64,000 nt of DNA from a virus (lineage: Duplodnaviria; Heunggongvirae; Uroviricota; Caudoviricetes). Shown in pieces: positions 45,972-53,943 of the stretch; position 1 is the first letter of the stretch, and each line of letters starts with the position of its first letter. Location of the stretch: IMG/VR virus record IMGVR_UViG_3300044638_003984; one strand, 5' to 3'. The notes under the pieces are model-generated. The model searched no databases, was not told where the DNA came from, and saw only the letters and a list, made by a program, of their open reading frames with translations. The position numbers and the translations under genes were made by a program.

Positions 45972-47409
45972 ACTTCACTTTATTCAGTATACCGTCTTTC
46001 AAGATGCAAGTCAAGTCGCAATTTTCAAGTTCTTCGAGAGTCGCTTCTTCCTTACAAATCCAGTTGTTATTTTCTGGAGTCCAATCTGGAGCCTTGTAGA
46101 CAGCAAGAATACCTTTACGAGATTTCTTCATTCCAGAATCAGTCTTTGGATCCTTAAAGATAGGAATGATTTTTCCATCTTTTTCGATAGCAGTCGCCTT
46201 CATTGCGAATCCGAAAGTGTCTCTTGTGACATACTCATAAGTATATGACCCGACACCAAACACCATATTATATGGTGAGATCTTCAATTTCTCAACGATG
46301 CCAGATAGAATCTGGCGTGCACGATCCAACGTAATCGAATCACCATAGATACAACCTGCTTTGTTGATCATACGATTATGATCCAAACCAAAAACTTCTT
46401 TCAGAAGAGCCAAGACACCAAGATCAGCTGGTCCATTACCTCGTTCTTGAATGCTAGAATTATTCTTGCCTAGTACAATCTCAACAGGATCACCGGAATC
46501 AGGACGAATAACAATCTTACCGTTACGAGCAATGATTTTATCTTTCAAACGAGGCATGAAGTCTGTTAGAACAGTCCACAGATCCCAAGTATCAGAAACG
46601 ATCGAAACGATTCCTTCTGGATAGATATCTTCAACTAGACGACGGAAAGTTTCAAATTCGTCTTCTTTACCACCAGCACACATAACAGAGTGCTCTGTAG
46701 CAGGAACAGAAGAACCTGTCGTAGCAATGTTTGCATCATAATAATGCTCAGCTGCTAGAATAGCAGGGATAGTATCAGTTCCATTGAACGATAGAAGGTG
46801 ACCCATACCAGAAGCTACTGCATCACCTAGAGACGACATACCACGCATGGAGAAATCGTGGAATTGATAATCGATGAAACCAAAATCAGTCTCTCCTGCT
46901 TTTCGTGCCCATTCCATACCAATCTTACGATATTCAAGAGCAGTCGTTGCCGAAGTGTATGGTTTCCAAATAGATAGAGAAAGAATCGTTTCTAGGAAAT
47001 TAGGAAGCCAGAAAGCGTGGTCGACTGTATTGTAAATGACAAGAGATGGAATTCCAATATTAACCGAATATCCTTCCGGAATTGCGTAGATGTTAATAGG
47101 AAGACGTCCTTCATCATGAAGTGCCTTGATGTGGTCTGTTTTGGGATTCTGAATTCCAAGAGTTTTAGAGATTACACGGACATATTCTGCTTCTACTTCG
47201 ATCCAAGGCACAGAGAAAAAGCTATTATCGAATTCCTTCAGAAGATCAAGTAGAAAATACTGGTGTCCAAAAACAACAATTTTTTCAATACCAGGGACAC
47301 GAGATTTTCGTGCAGTCCAATTTGAGTAGACTCGTGTCACTCCTTCTGGATATTGGCGAACGTGATCAATCTTGTAGAAGTCTGCTAAGAGAACTGGGAT
47401 GGTGTTCAT
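45934..47409 (-). CDS. nadV: nicotinamide phosphoribosyltransferase (NAMPT/NadV)
   Basis: N-terminal MNTIPVLLADFYKIDH and the rest matches the NAMPT family; start chosen at the ATG with a GAAAGG RBS. Confidence 0.8.
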   Translation of the reverse strand: MNTIPVLLADFYKIDHVRQYPEGVTRVYSNWTARKSRVPGIEKIVVFGHQYFLLDLLKEFDNSFFSVPWIEVEAEYVRVISKTLGIQNPKTDHIKALHDEGRLPINIYAIPEGYSVNIGIPSLVIYNTVDHAFWLPNFLETILSLSIWKPYTSATTALEYRKIGMEWARKAGETDFGFIDYQFHDFSMRGMSSLGDAVASGMGHLLSFNGTDTIPAILAAEHYYDANIATTGSSVPATEHSVMCAGGKEDEFETFRRLVEDIYPEGIVSIVSDTWDLWTVLTDFMPRLKDKIIARNGKIVIRPDSGDPVEIVLGKNNSSIQERGNGPADLGVLALLKEVFGLDHNRMINKAGCIYGDSITLDRARQILSGIVEKLKISPYNMVFGVGSYTYEYVTRDTFGFAMKATAIEKDGKIIPIFKDPKTDSGMKKSRKGILAVYKAPDWTPENNNWICKEEATLEELENCDLTCILKDGILNKVKFETIKERVRVQS

Positions 47410-47460
47410 AATTAACCTTTCTTTATTCATTATACTAAATATAGAATCAGAAAGCAAGCT

Positions 47461-47661
47461 TTACTTAAAAATAGTTGCCAAAAACAGGAAGAACCCAGCA
47501 AGCAAAAACAAACCAAGGAATATTGCGGCTGGAATCCAAAGAGGAGAGAGTACCCAAAGCCAAGACCAGGTAATGTGACCAGTTAATTTCAATCCGATGA
47601 ATAGTAGTCCAAACATCGGATTGAAAGAGAACGAAACATTGAAGTTTTTTTCAGAAGCCAT
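47461..47661 (-). CDS. small membrane protein (two predicted TM helices)
   Basis: Hydrophobic FGLLFIGL... and IPAAIFLGLFLLAGFFLFLATIF segments. Confidence 0.45.
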   Translation of the reverse strand: MASEKNFNVSFSFNPMFGLLFIGLKLTGHITWSWLWVLSPLWIPAAIFLGLFLLAGFFLFLATIFK

Positions 47662-47696
47662 TTCAGTTTAATATTCCTTTCAATCGGTACATACCC

Positions 47697-47725
47697 ATTA
47701 TAGCGTACTGAGTCAAGCATGTAAA
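47697..47725 (-). promoter_or_regulatory. sigma70-like promoter TTTACA-17-TATAAT
   Basis: The reverse complement reads TTTACAtgcttgactcagtacgcTATAAT; shares GTACGCTATAATGG with the promoter at 4513. Confidence 0.45.
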
Positions 47726-47826
47726 GGTTTTCTAGAAAAAATAAAAAAAAAAAAGAATATCTCCTTTATTTTCAATATCTTACTGCAAACTATTGATTCT
47801 AAAGAGAATATTCTTTCGAAAAAAAC

Positions 47827-47855
47827 TTGCTTCGGTTGAATGGATAAGGTATAAT
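47827..47855 (+). promoter_or_regulatory. sigma70-like promoter TTGCTT-17-TATAAT, -10 box 6 nt before the ATG at 47862
   Basis: Reads aaaaaacTTGCTTcggttgaatggataaggTATAATggttctATGaaa. Confidence 0.5.
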
Positions 47856-47861
47856 GGTTCT

Positions 47862-48092
47862 ATGAAAAGGAAAACTGTTCGGGTGACTGATGTTGTCGAT
47901 ACTGTGAATCGAATTTTAGATGTTTCCACGTGTTCTGTCGATACTCGCTGGGGCATGATTGCTGTTCTTGAACAGATTCTTCACGACTCAGGAAATTACA
48001 AGGGATATAATAATGTCAAAGACGGAAAGATTTGTGGATACAAAGAACAGCCTGATGACACGAGACGATATTATTATGGCGGGACGAAGTAA
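47862..48092 (+). CDS. hypothetical protein (76 aa), start trimmed to MKRKTVRV
   Basis: First ATG after the promoter. Confidence 0.45.
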   Translation: MKRKTVRVTDVVDTVNRILDVSTCSVDTRWGMIAVLEQILHDSGNYKGYNNVKDGKICGYKEQPDDTRRYYYGGTK

Positions 48093-48197
48093 GTTGTTTT
48101 GTTTGGTGTTGTGGTATTGCTGAAATTTATGGTCGCAGTTAATTTTGATTGACGACTAAACCGCAATTTAGTAAAATAATTCTAAGGAGAAATAATT

Positions 48198-48464
48198 ATG
48201 AAGAAGATTCTTACAGAAGTACAGGGCGAAGGTTTGGTTGCCCTTCTAGGTGAGCATGTGATGTTGTTCTGTGCGAACTACATCTATGCTGGTACACTCA
48301 CTGGAGTGAACGATACATGTGTCCTTCTAGACGATGCGAAGATTGTTTATGAGACTGGTCCGTTCAGCGATGCGAAGTACAAGGACGCTCAGAGTCTTCC
48401 TACCAAGTCTTGGTATATCCAGACTTCTGCGATTGAGTCTTTCGGCATCGGCAAGAAGGGTTAA
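48198..48464 (+). CDS. hypothetical protein (88 aa)
   Basis: Strong RBS TAAGGAG; terminator hairpin follows. Confidence 0.55.
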   Translation: MKKILTEVQGEGLVALLGEHVMLFCANYIYAGTLTGVNDTCVLLDDAKIVYETGPFSDAKYKDAQSLPTKSWYIQTSAIESFGIGKKG

Positions 48465-48466
48465 GT

Positions 48467-48499
48467 GATGGGGGATTTAAAATCCCCCATCCTTTTATT
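48467..48499 (+). terminator. intrinsic terminator (9-bp stem GATGGGGGA/TCCCCCATC plus T-rich tail)
   Basis: Directly after the stop at 48464. Confidence 0.7.
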
Positions 48500-48602
48500 T
48501 GTTCTATGAAAAATATGTTTACAAGAGAACTTGTAAAAATATTGCATCTAGATCTGGTTCTAATTCATCTGGTTGGTCGGTAGCAACTTGGACTCCTACA
48601 TC

Positions 48603-48788
48603 ATGAAGAAATCAATTTACAAAAGAAATATTGGGTCTAGGTCTTGGTCTGGGTCTAGGTCTTGGTCTTGGTCTGGGTCTTGGTCTGGGTCTTGGTCTGA
48701 GTCTAGGTCTAGGTCTGAGTCTAGGTCTAGGTCTGAGTCTAGGTCTGGGTCTGGGTCTGGGTCTTGGTCTTGGTCTAGGTCTAACTAA
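48603..48788 (+). CDS. putative Ser-X dipeptide-repeat mini-protein, unit 1 (MKKSIYKRNIG-(S-R/W/G/E)n-N)
   Basis: ATG-headed frame through the (TCTNGG)n array ends at TAA directly after the array; no RBS. Confidence 0.25.
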   Translation: MKKSIYKRNIGSRSWSGSRSWSWSGSWSGSWSESRSRSESRSRSESRSGSGSGSWSWSRSN

Positions 48789-48792
48789 AAAT

Positions 48793-49035
48793 ATGATAAA
48801 GAAATCAATTTACAAAAGAAATATTGGGTCTTGGTCTAGGTCTGGGTCTAGGTCTGGGTCTGAGTCTAGGTCTGAGTCTTGGTCTTGGTCTGGGTCTGAG
48901 TCTAGGTCTGAGTCTGGGTCTTGGTCTAGGTCTTGGTCTGAGTCTTGGTCTAGGTCTGGGTCTGGGTCTAGGTCTAGGTCTAGGTTTAGGTCTGGGTCTA
49001 GGTCTAGGTTTAGGTTTAGGTCTGGGTCTAACTAA
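48793..49035 (+). CDS. putative Ser-X dipeptide-repeat mini-protein, unit 2
   Basis: Same architecture as unit 1; 80 aa. Confidence 0.25.
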   Translation: MIKKSIYKRNIGSWSRSGSRSGSESRSESWSWSGSESRSESGSWSRSWSESWSRSGSGSRSRSRFRSGSRSRFRFRSGSN

Positions 49036-49039
49036 AAAT

Positions 49040-49264
49040 ATGATAAAGAAATCAATTTACAAAAGAATTATTTGGTCTAGGTCTGGGTCTGAGTCTGGGT
49101 CTAGGTCTTGGTCTGAGTCTGGGTCTTGGTCTTGGTCTTGGTCTTGGTCTGAGTCTTGGTCTGGGTCTAGGTCTTGGTCTGGGTCTGGGTCTTGGTCTTG
49201 GTCTGGGTCTGAGTCTGGGTCTTGGTCTAGGTCTAGGTCTGGGTCTAGGTCTGGGTCTAACTAA
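49040..49264 (+). CDS. putative Ser-X dipeptide-repeat mini-protein, unit 3
   Basis: Same architecture; 74 aa; followed by a 4th header with no array (11-codon ORF). Confidence 0.25.
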   Translation: MIKKSIYKRIIWSRSGSESGSRSWSESGSWSWSWSWSESWSGSRSWSGSGSWSWSGSESGSWSRSRSGSRSGSN

Positions 49265-49346
49265 AAATATGATAAAGAAATCAATTTACAAAAGAATTAT
49301 TTGATCAATGTAGTATAATTGTATACAACTGACAAGGTTATTAATA

Positions 49347-51572
49347 ATGATTATTTCACATTCTCCTGATAATAATGTTGTTCTTTCTTCTATTGATAGA
49401 ACAGATGAATTTAAAATCAAGAATTCTTCGAAAGCATTCTCGATTTTAAGTTCTGGTTTATATGCAAATAAGATTAAAGCGATTATTCGAGAACTTTCTT
49501 GTAATGCTTATGATTCGCATGTGGCAGCAGGAAAGAAGGATATTCCGTTTGACGTACACCTTCCTAATCGTATTGAACCATGGTTCTCTATTCGTGATTA
49601 TGGAACTGGTCTAGATGACACACAAGTGAAATCTATCTATACAACTTATTTCGAATCAACGAAAACGCATTCGAATGAATTCGTTGGTGCACTTGGACTT
49701 GGTTCCAAATCACCATTCAGTTATACTGAAAACTTCAGCATCACTACGATTAAGAACGGTAAGTGTTGGATTTTTAGTGCGTTCGTGAATGAACATGGCA
49801 TCCCTTCCATTGCGTCTATGGGAGTTTCTGATACGACAGAACCGAACGGCGTTGAGATTAAATTTTCAGTAGATAACCAAGACGATATCGTTAAGTTTGT
49901 CACAGAAGCTCCTAACGTATTTATCTGGTTCGAGACACAACCAAATATCTCCGGTAATAGAGAGTATACATTATCTTTCGATTACGTCGTTAAAAGAGAA
50001 AAGAATTACGAAGAACAGAATATCATACCAGGAATTCATGTATTATCTACAAGAGGTTATGGTACTAGTAAAGCTCTGATGGGAAATATCTGTTATCCTA
50101 TTGATGTTCCAAACGCAAAAACGAATTTAACGGATAAACTGCATTCTTTACTATCCAATAATCTTGTAATGGAATTCAATATTGGAGAATTAGATTTCCA
50201 AGCTTCTCGAGAAGGTTTGGCTTACACTCCGTTGACTATTTCTTCAATCAAGAATAAACTTCAAAAGTTAAGTGATTCATTGTACTGTATTCTAGATGAA
50301 CAAGCTAAACAACACAATCATAATTCTTGGTTTCTTGCAGATTTCTTAGTTAATAAAAATTCTCTTCCTATTTGGAAGATGACTGTGACAGAATATGTAA
50401 ATAATAATAACTTAAATGTTGTCGCAATTAACAAATACAATAATTTACATGAAATCTATTACAATGTAATTTCTATTTCGCGAGAAAAGTGTTCTGAATT
50501 CAATATTTCAATTAATTCTTTCGAAAAGGATTCGTATTCTGGAAGAACTAGAAGATATGATCTAAATAACTCTGGCATTAATATGTATCAAACATGTTCA
50601 AAATACAAGTTCATTATTAATGATACGACTATTGGTGCTGGAGAAAGATGTAAACGATATATCGATAATCTAGAAACAGGACACAAGATAAAGAAATTTA
50701 TCCTTTTACAGAAAATCGATAAAGATAAAGATATGAATCTTGAAGAATTCTTCAAGTCAATAAGTAATCCACCAGATGATATTATCATAAATGTTTCTAC
50801 CCTTCCGGAATTGGAAAAGAAAAAGAGAACCAAAGATGTAACAGTTGTTAAAATACAAGAAGATAATAGAAAATATTACAATCCAAATTATACTTGGAAA
50901 GAATGTGGTAAATTACAAGATCTAAATAACACGACGAATACCATGTATTATATTCCTCTTTCTGGGTATAATGTTATTTCAAATTACACTACTGACTTTA
51001 AAGGAGTCTATAAATTATTGAAAGAATGTGGTTTTTTTGGACCGATTGGTTCACGTATGACTATTTATGGAATCAGAAAAGGGGATATTGAATCACTTTC
51101 GAATTATCCAAATTGGATAAATATTGAACGTGTTATTATCGATAAATTACAATCCGAAAAAGAATCCATTAAGAATCGAATTTATGCAGATTTGAATATT
51201 GACTGCATCAATAAATTCAAGTATAATAAAAATATATTGGATAAATTGAATGATAATTCTCCATTCAAGAAAGTTGTTCAAGAATTCAATATAACAAATA
51301 ATTCGAAAAACAACAAACCAGGTTCAATTAATTCCTATATGATGTTGGCGAATATATATTCCAACGATAATATCTATAAAGAATTAAAGGAATTCCAGTT
51401 GGCGGCAGAAACTAAAGTGCAAACAATTTTAAATAGATATCCATTATTACGTTATATGGTTGATATTGATTCTTATTTGTTTGAAACAGACAAAAATAGA
51501 TATGATGTATTTGCAGGATACATTAATTTAATTGACGATCAGAAAAAGGAGTTAACATGTTCCCTTACTTAA
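49347..51572 (+). CDS. rIIA: rIIA protein (GHKL-ATPase-like N-terminus)
   Basis: SKAFSILSSGLYANKIKAIIRELSCNAYDSH and FVGALGLGSKSPFSYTENFSITT blocks match T4 rIIA. Confidence 0.9.
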   Translation: MIISHSPDNNVVLSSIDRTDEFKIKNSSKAFSILSSGLYANKIKAIIRELSCNAYDSHVAAGKKDIPFDVHLPNRIEPWFSIRDYGTGLDDTQVKSIYTTYFESTKTHSNEFVGALGLGSKSPFSYTENFSITTIKNGKCWIFSAFVNEHGIPSIASMGVSDTTEPNGVEIKFSVDNQDDIVKFVTEAPNVFIWFETQPNISGNREYTLSFDYVVKREKNYEEQNIIPGIHVLSTRGYGTSKALMGNICYPIDVPNAKTNLTDKLHSLLSNNLVMEFNIGELDFQASREGLAYTPLTISSIKNKLQKLSDSLYCILDEQAKQHNHNSWFLADFLVNKNSLPIWKMTVTEYVNNNNLNVVAINKYNNLHEIYYNVISISREKCSEFNISINSFEKDSYSGRTRRYDLNNSGINMYQTCSKYKFIINDTTIGAGERCKRYIDNLETGHKIKKFILLQKIDKDKDMNLEEFFKSISNPPDDIIINVSTLPELEKKKRTKDVTVVKIQEDNRKYYNPNYTWKECGKLQDLNNTTNTMYYIPLSGYNVISNYTTDFKGVYKLLKECGFFGPIGSRMTIYGIRKGDIESLSNYPNWINIERVIIDKLQSEKESIKNRIYADLNIDCINKFKYNKNILDKLNDNSPFKKVVQEFNITNNSKNNKPGSINSYMMLANIYSNDNIYKELKEFQLAAETKVQTILNRYPLLRYMVDIDSYLFETDKNRYDVFAGYINLIDDQKKELTCSLT

Positions 51573-52318
51573 TTCAAGGTTCTAACATTATTATTGTGAT
51601 TGGGTCGAAGACTCATACAATCAACAAACAACATCTTTCTTATAACAAGATTGTAGATGCCATCAAGACAAGCGATTGGGATACTGTGAAGGATCTCATT
51701 GAACCAAAGAAAGCCATTCTGAAGTATGGTGCTGGGAATATCTCAATCCAAGGTGACAAGATCTTCTGGAAGGATGAGGAGTTCACTAATTATTTATCAG
51801 ATAAGATTGTTTCTATGTTCCAAGAAGGATTTCCAATTGAACCGATGGTTCTATTTATGGAGAATCTAATGAAGAATCCATCGAAGCGTGCAGTTAACGA
51901 ACTGTATGGTTTCTTGGAAAAGGGGAAAATGCCTATTACTTCAGATGGTTGTTTCCTTGCTTACAAGCGTGTCCGTTCTGATTATAAAGACGTACATAGC
52001 GGAACATTCGATAATTCAGTAGGCAAGATCGTTCAGATGGAACGAAATAAAGTAGACGACGACAAGGATCGAACTTGTTCCAGCGGTTTACATTTCTGTT
52101 CTGAAGAATATCTAAAGCATTTCTCTGGTGAACGAATTATGATCTTGAAGATTAATCCACGTGATGTGGTTTCAATTCCTGCAGATTATAATGATTCTAA
52201 GGGTCGATGCTGCCGTTATGAAGTTATCGGAGAACTTGGAGCCGAAACGAATCCTAAGGATGCTTTCCAAGAGCCAGTACAAGATAATGGTATTGGTATC
52301 TGGATTGAAGTTGGGTAA
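51557..52318 (+). CDS. rIIB: rIIB protein
   Basis: MENLMKNPSKRAVNELYGFL, GCFLAYKRVRSDYKDVHSGTFDNSVGKIVQM and CSSGLHFCSEEYLKHF...PRDVVSIPADYNDSKGRCCRYEV blocks match T4 rIIB. Confidence 0.9.
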   Translation: MFPYLIQGSNIIIVIGSKTHTINKQHLSYNKIVDAIKTSDWDTVKDLIEPKKAILKYGAGNISIQGDKIFWKDEEFTNYLSDKIVSMFQEGFPIEPMVLFMENLMKNPSKRAVNELYGFLEKGKMPITSDGCFLAYKRVRSDYKDVHSGTFDNSVGKIVQMERNKVDDDKDRTCSSGLHFCSEEYLKHFSGERIMILKINPRDVVSIPADYNDSKGRCCRYEVIGELGAETNPKDAFQEPVQDNGIGIWIEVG

Positions 52319-52326
52319 AAGATATT

Positions 52327-52401
52327 GCGCTTGTAGCATAATGGTAATGTAGAAGATTCTAAACCTTCGAGATGAGAGTTCGATTCTCTCCAAGCGCACC
52401 A
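52327..52401 (+). tRNA. amber suppressor tRNA (anticodon CUA), 75 nt, CCA encoded
   Basis: Cloverleaf GCGCTTG-TA-GCAT-AATGGTA-ATGT-A-GAAGA-TTCTAAA-CCTTC-GAGAT-GAGAG-TTCGATT-CTCTC-CAAGCGC-A-CCA; anticodon loop positions 34-36 = CTA. Confidence 0.7.
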
Positions 52402-52451
52402 AATTAAAAGAGGAATATATGACATAGAAGACTAAAATTAAGTGTGAATAT

Positions 52452-52673
52452 TTGATTTTTCACTTCAATAAGAAACATCTTGAAGATCCTTCCATTCCAA
52501 TGTGGTCGATCAAAGCAAAAGGTGAAACTTATTATGTGAAGCATGTAGATTGTGCTCTACCATGGAGCACAAAAGAAACTCCTGATAATCCTCATACAAA
52601 AGGATCTATCAAAATCAAAAATTGTACTTTGACAATAGACTATCTAGATAATGCTTATATAACGGGAGAGTAA
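52452..52673 (+). CDS. hypothetical protein; in frame with upstream RBS-ATG-ACA-TAG at 52419 (amber at codon 3)
   Basis: ORF-track ORF starts at TTG. The only strong SD (AAGAGGA, 52408-52414) precedes the ATG at 52419, followed by ACA TAG and then the same reading frame. Confidence 0.4.
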   Translation: MIFHFNKKHLEDPSIPMWSIKAKGETYYVKHVDCALPWSTKETPDNPHTKGSIKIKNCTLTIDYLDNAYITGE

Positions 52674-52694
52674 AATCTCCCGTTTCATTTTTTT
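52663..52694 (+). terminator. intrinsic terminator (CGGGAGA stem, U-rich tail) overlapping the stop codon
   Basis: CGGGAGAG-TAAAA-TCTCCCG then TTTCATTTTTTT. Confidence 0.65.
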
Positions 52695-52701
52695 ATAAAT
52701 A
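52694..52701 (+). promoter_or_regulatory. T4-type late promoter TATAAATA
   Basis: Exact octamer 20 nt upstream of the ATG at 52721. Confidence 0.5.
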
Positions 52702-52720
52702 CTCTTGGAGTATAATAGTC

Positions 52721-52951
52721 ATGTTCACAATTAATTCAGCAACCAATCCTAATGATCGAAATCTTAATAATTATTATCTAAAACATTTTAAAAATAATAA
52801 TAAATTGTCTCAAGAATTGAAGAAACAAATAACACCAAAACTTATTTCTGATGCTATCAAAGAAGCAATATCACAATCAAAAAAAACCAAGGACAAGGGA
52901 TATAAATTAGAATTCACAATCGACGGTATAAAACCCGTAGAGGAACAGTAA
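52721..52951 (+). CDS. hypothetical late protein (76 aa)
   Basis: ORF track; late promoter upstream. Confidence 0.5.
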   Translation: MFTINSATNPNDRNLNNYYLKHFKNNNKLSQELKKQITPKLISDAIKEAISQSKKTKDKGYKLEFTIDGIKPVEEQ

Positions 52952-53943
52952 TGTTATCTTTTAAATCTTTTCTTATACTAGAAGGTGGCGTCGGGGGCCA
53001 CATGGCGCATGTTTTTGACATATCTTCAACTGGAAAAGAATTGATTGGAGTATTTAAGGAAGCAATCAAATTCATCAATTCTGGTAAGACATCTGTTAAG
53101 ATAGATGGAATCAATGCTTCACTTCGTTTGGTTGAAGGAAAATTTGTTCTAGATCGTGGTTCGGCAAAGCCTTTGGATATTAAAGGAATTCGTCCAGAAG
53201 ATTTGGAAGATAGATTTGGACAAGGACATGGATTTGTTGAAAAAGGAAAGAAGATAATTGACATTTTTGACACAGCTTATCCGAAAATTAAGCCAGAATT
53301 GGAGAAACTTGGTCTTTTAAATAATCCTAATATCTTATTCAATACTGAGTATGTTGAAGGTAAGACTAATGTTGTTCAATATGAAGGAATCGATAATTTC
53401 TTAGCAATCCATGGATTAAAAGAAATTAAGGTTAATAAGACAAATCCAAAGACTGGCGTTGTTACATCAAGAGTAGCTTCCAATATTTCATTCGATCAAA
53501 CAACAATGGCTTCTCTTATCAAGAAATTAGATGAAGTTGCAAAAGCTTTTGGATTTAAAGTTCTCGGTAATGTTGGTGTAACATTCAAAGAGAACCCTGA
53601 TTTAACCAAGGTTTTATCAGAAGAGATTACTCTAAACGAACAAACTAAAACGCTTGGAGAATGGTTATCTAATCTGACATTTAAGACTCCTCTAATTACA
53701 AGAGCAAAATTCATCCAAATTATGAACTCAGATAAGAAAGATCTTACTGAGAAACAACTTACAGATTATCTAGTTTATATTGCAACTATTCGCCTTGGTG
53801 ATGAAATTCTTAATAGTTCAACTTCAGATCTAGGCGATCTTAAAGGTCAAGAAGGAATCGTCATAAGAAGATCTGATAATTCTTTATACAAAATAACTGG
53901 ATCGTTTATTCTTCGTGGATTAGAATCTACATTTGGAAAGTAA
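52951..53943 (+). CDS. hypothetical protein (330 aa); N-terminus MLSFKSFL resembles that of the GH19 lysin gene
   Basis: ORF track. Confidence 0.5.
   Translation: MLSFKSFLILEGGVGGHMAHVFDISSTGKELIGVFKEAIKFINSGKTSVKIDGINASLRLVEGKFVLDRGSAKPLDIKGIRPEDLEDRFGQGHGFVEKGKKIIDIFDTAYPKIKPELEKLGLLNNPNILFNTEYVEGKTNVVQYEGIDNFLAIHGLKEIKVNKTNPKTGVVTSRVASNISFDQTTMASLIKKLDEVAKAFGFKVLGNVGVTFKENPDLTKVLSEEITLNEQTKTLGEWLSNLTFKTPLITRAKFIQIMNSDKKDLTEKQLTDYLVYIATIRLGDEILNSSTSDLGDLKGQEGIVIRRSDNSLYKITGSFILRGLESTFGK

Larger units (their letters stand above)
48639..49264 (+). repeat. three tandem (TCTNGG)n hexanucleotide microsatellite arrays (~24, ~32, ~33 copies) separated by a conserved 38-nt header
   Basis: Header AACTAAAAATATGATAAAGAAATCAATTTACAAAAGAAATATTGGG repeated at 48603 (variant), 48783, 49030 and 49258; N is A/T/G. 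Confidence 0.9.

Noticed and set aside
48631-49035. A (Gly-Leu)n protein read from the +2 frame of the hexamer arrays
   Set aside because: Variation in the array is synonymous in this frame, which is intriguing, but the frame has no ATG, starts only at a TTG inside the header, and slides into the ATG frame of the next unit. It is kept as part of the main finding rather than called as a gene.
48573-49264. The hexamer-repeat region looked at first like a CRISPR-type array
   Set aside because: The repeats are 6-bp microsatellites with no unique spacers; the only larger periodicity is the 38-nt header every ~230 bp.
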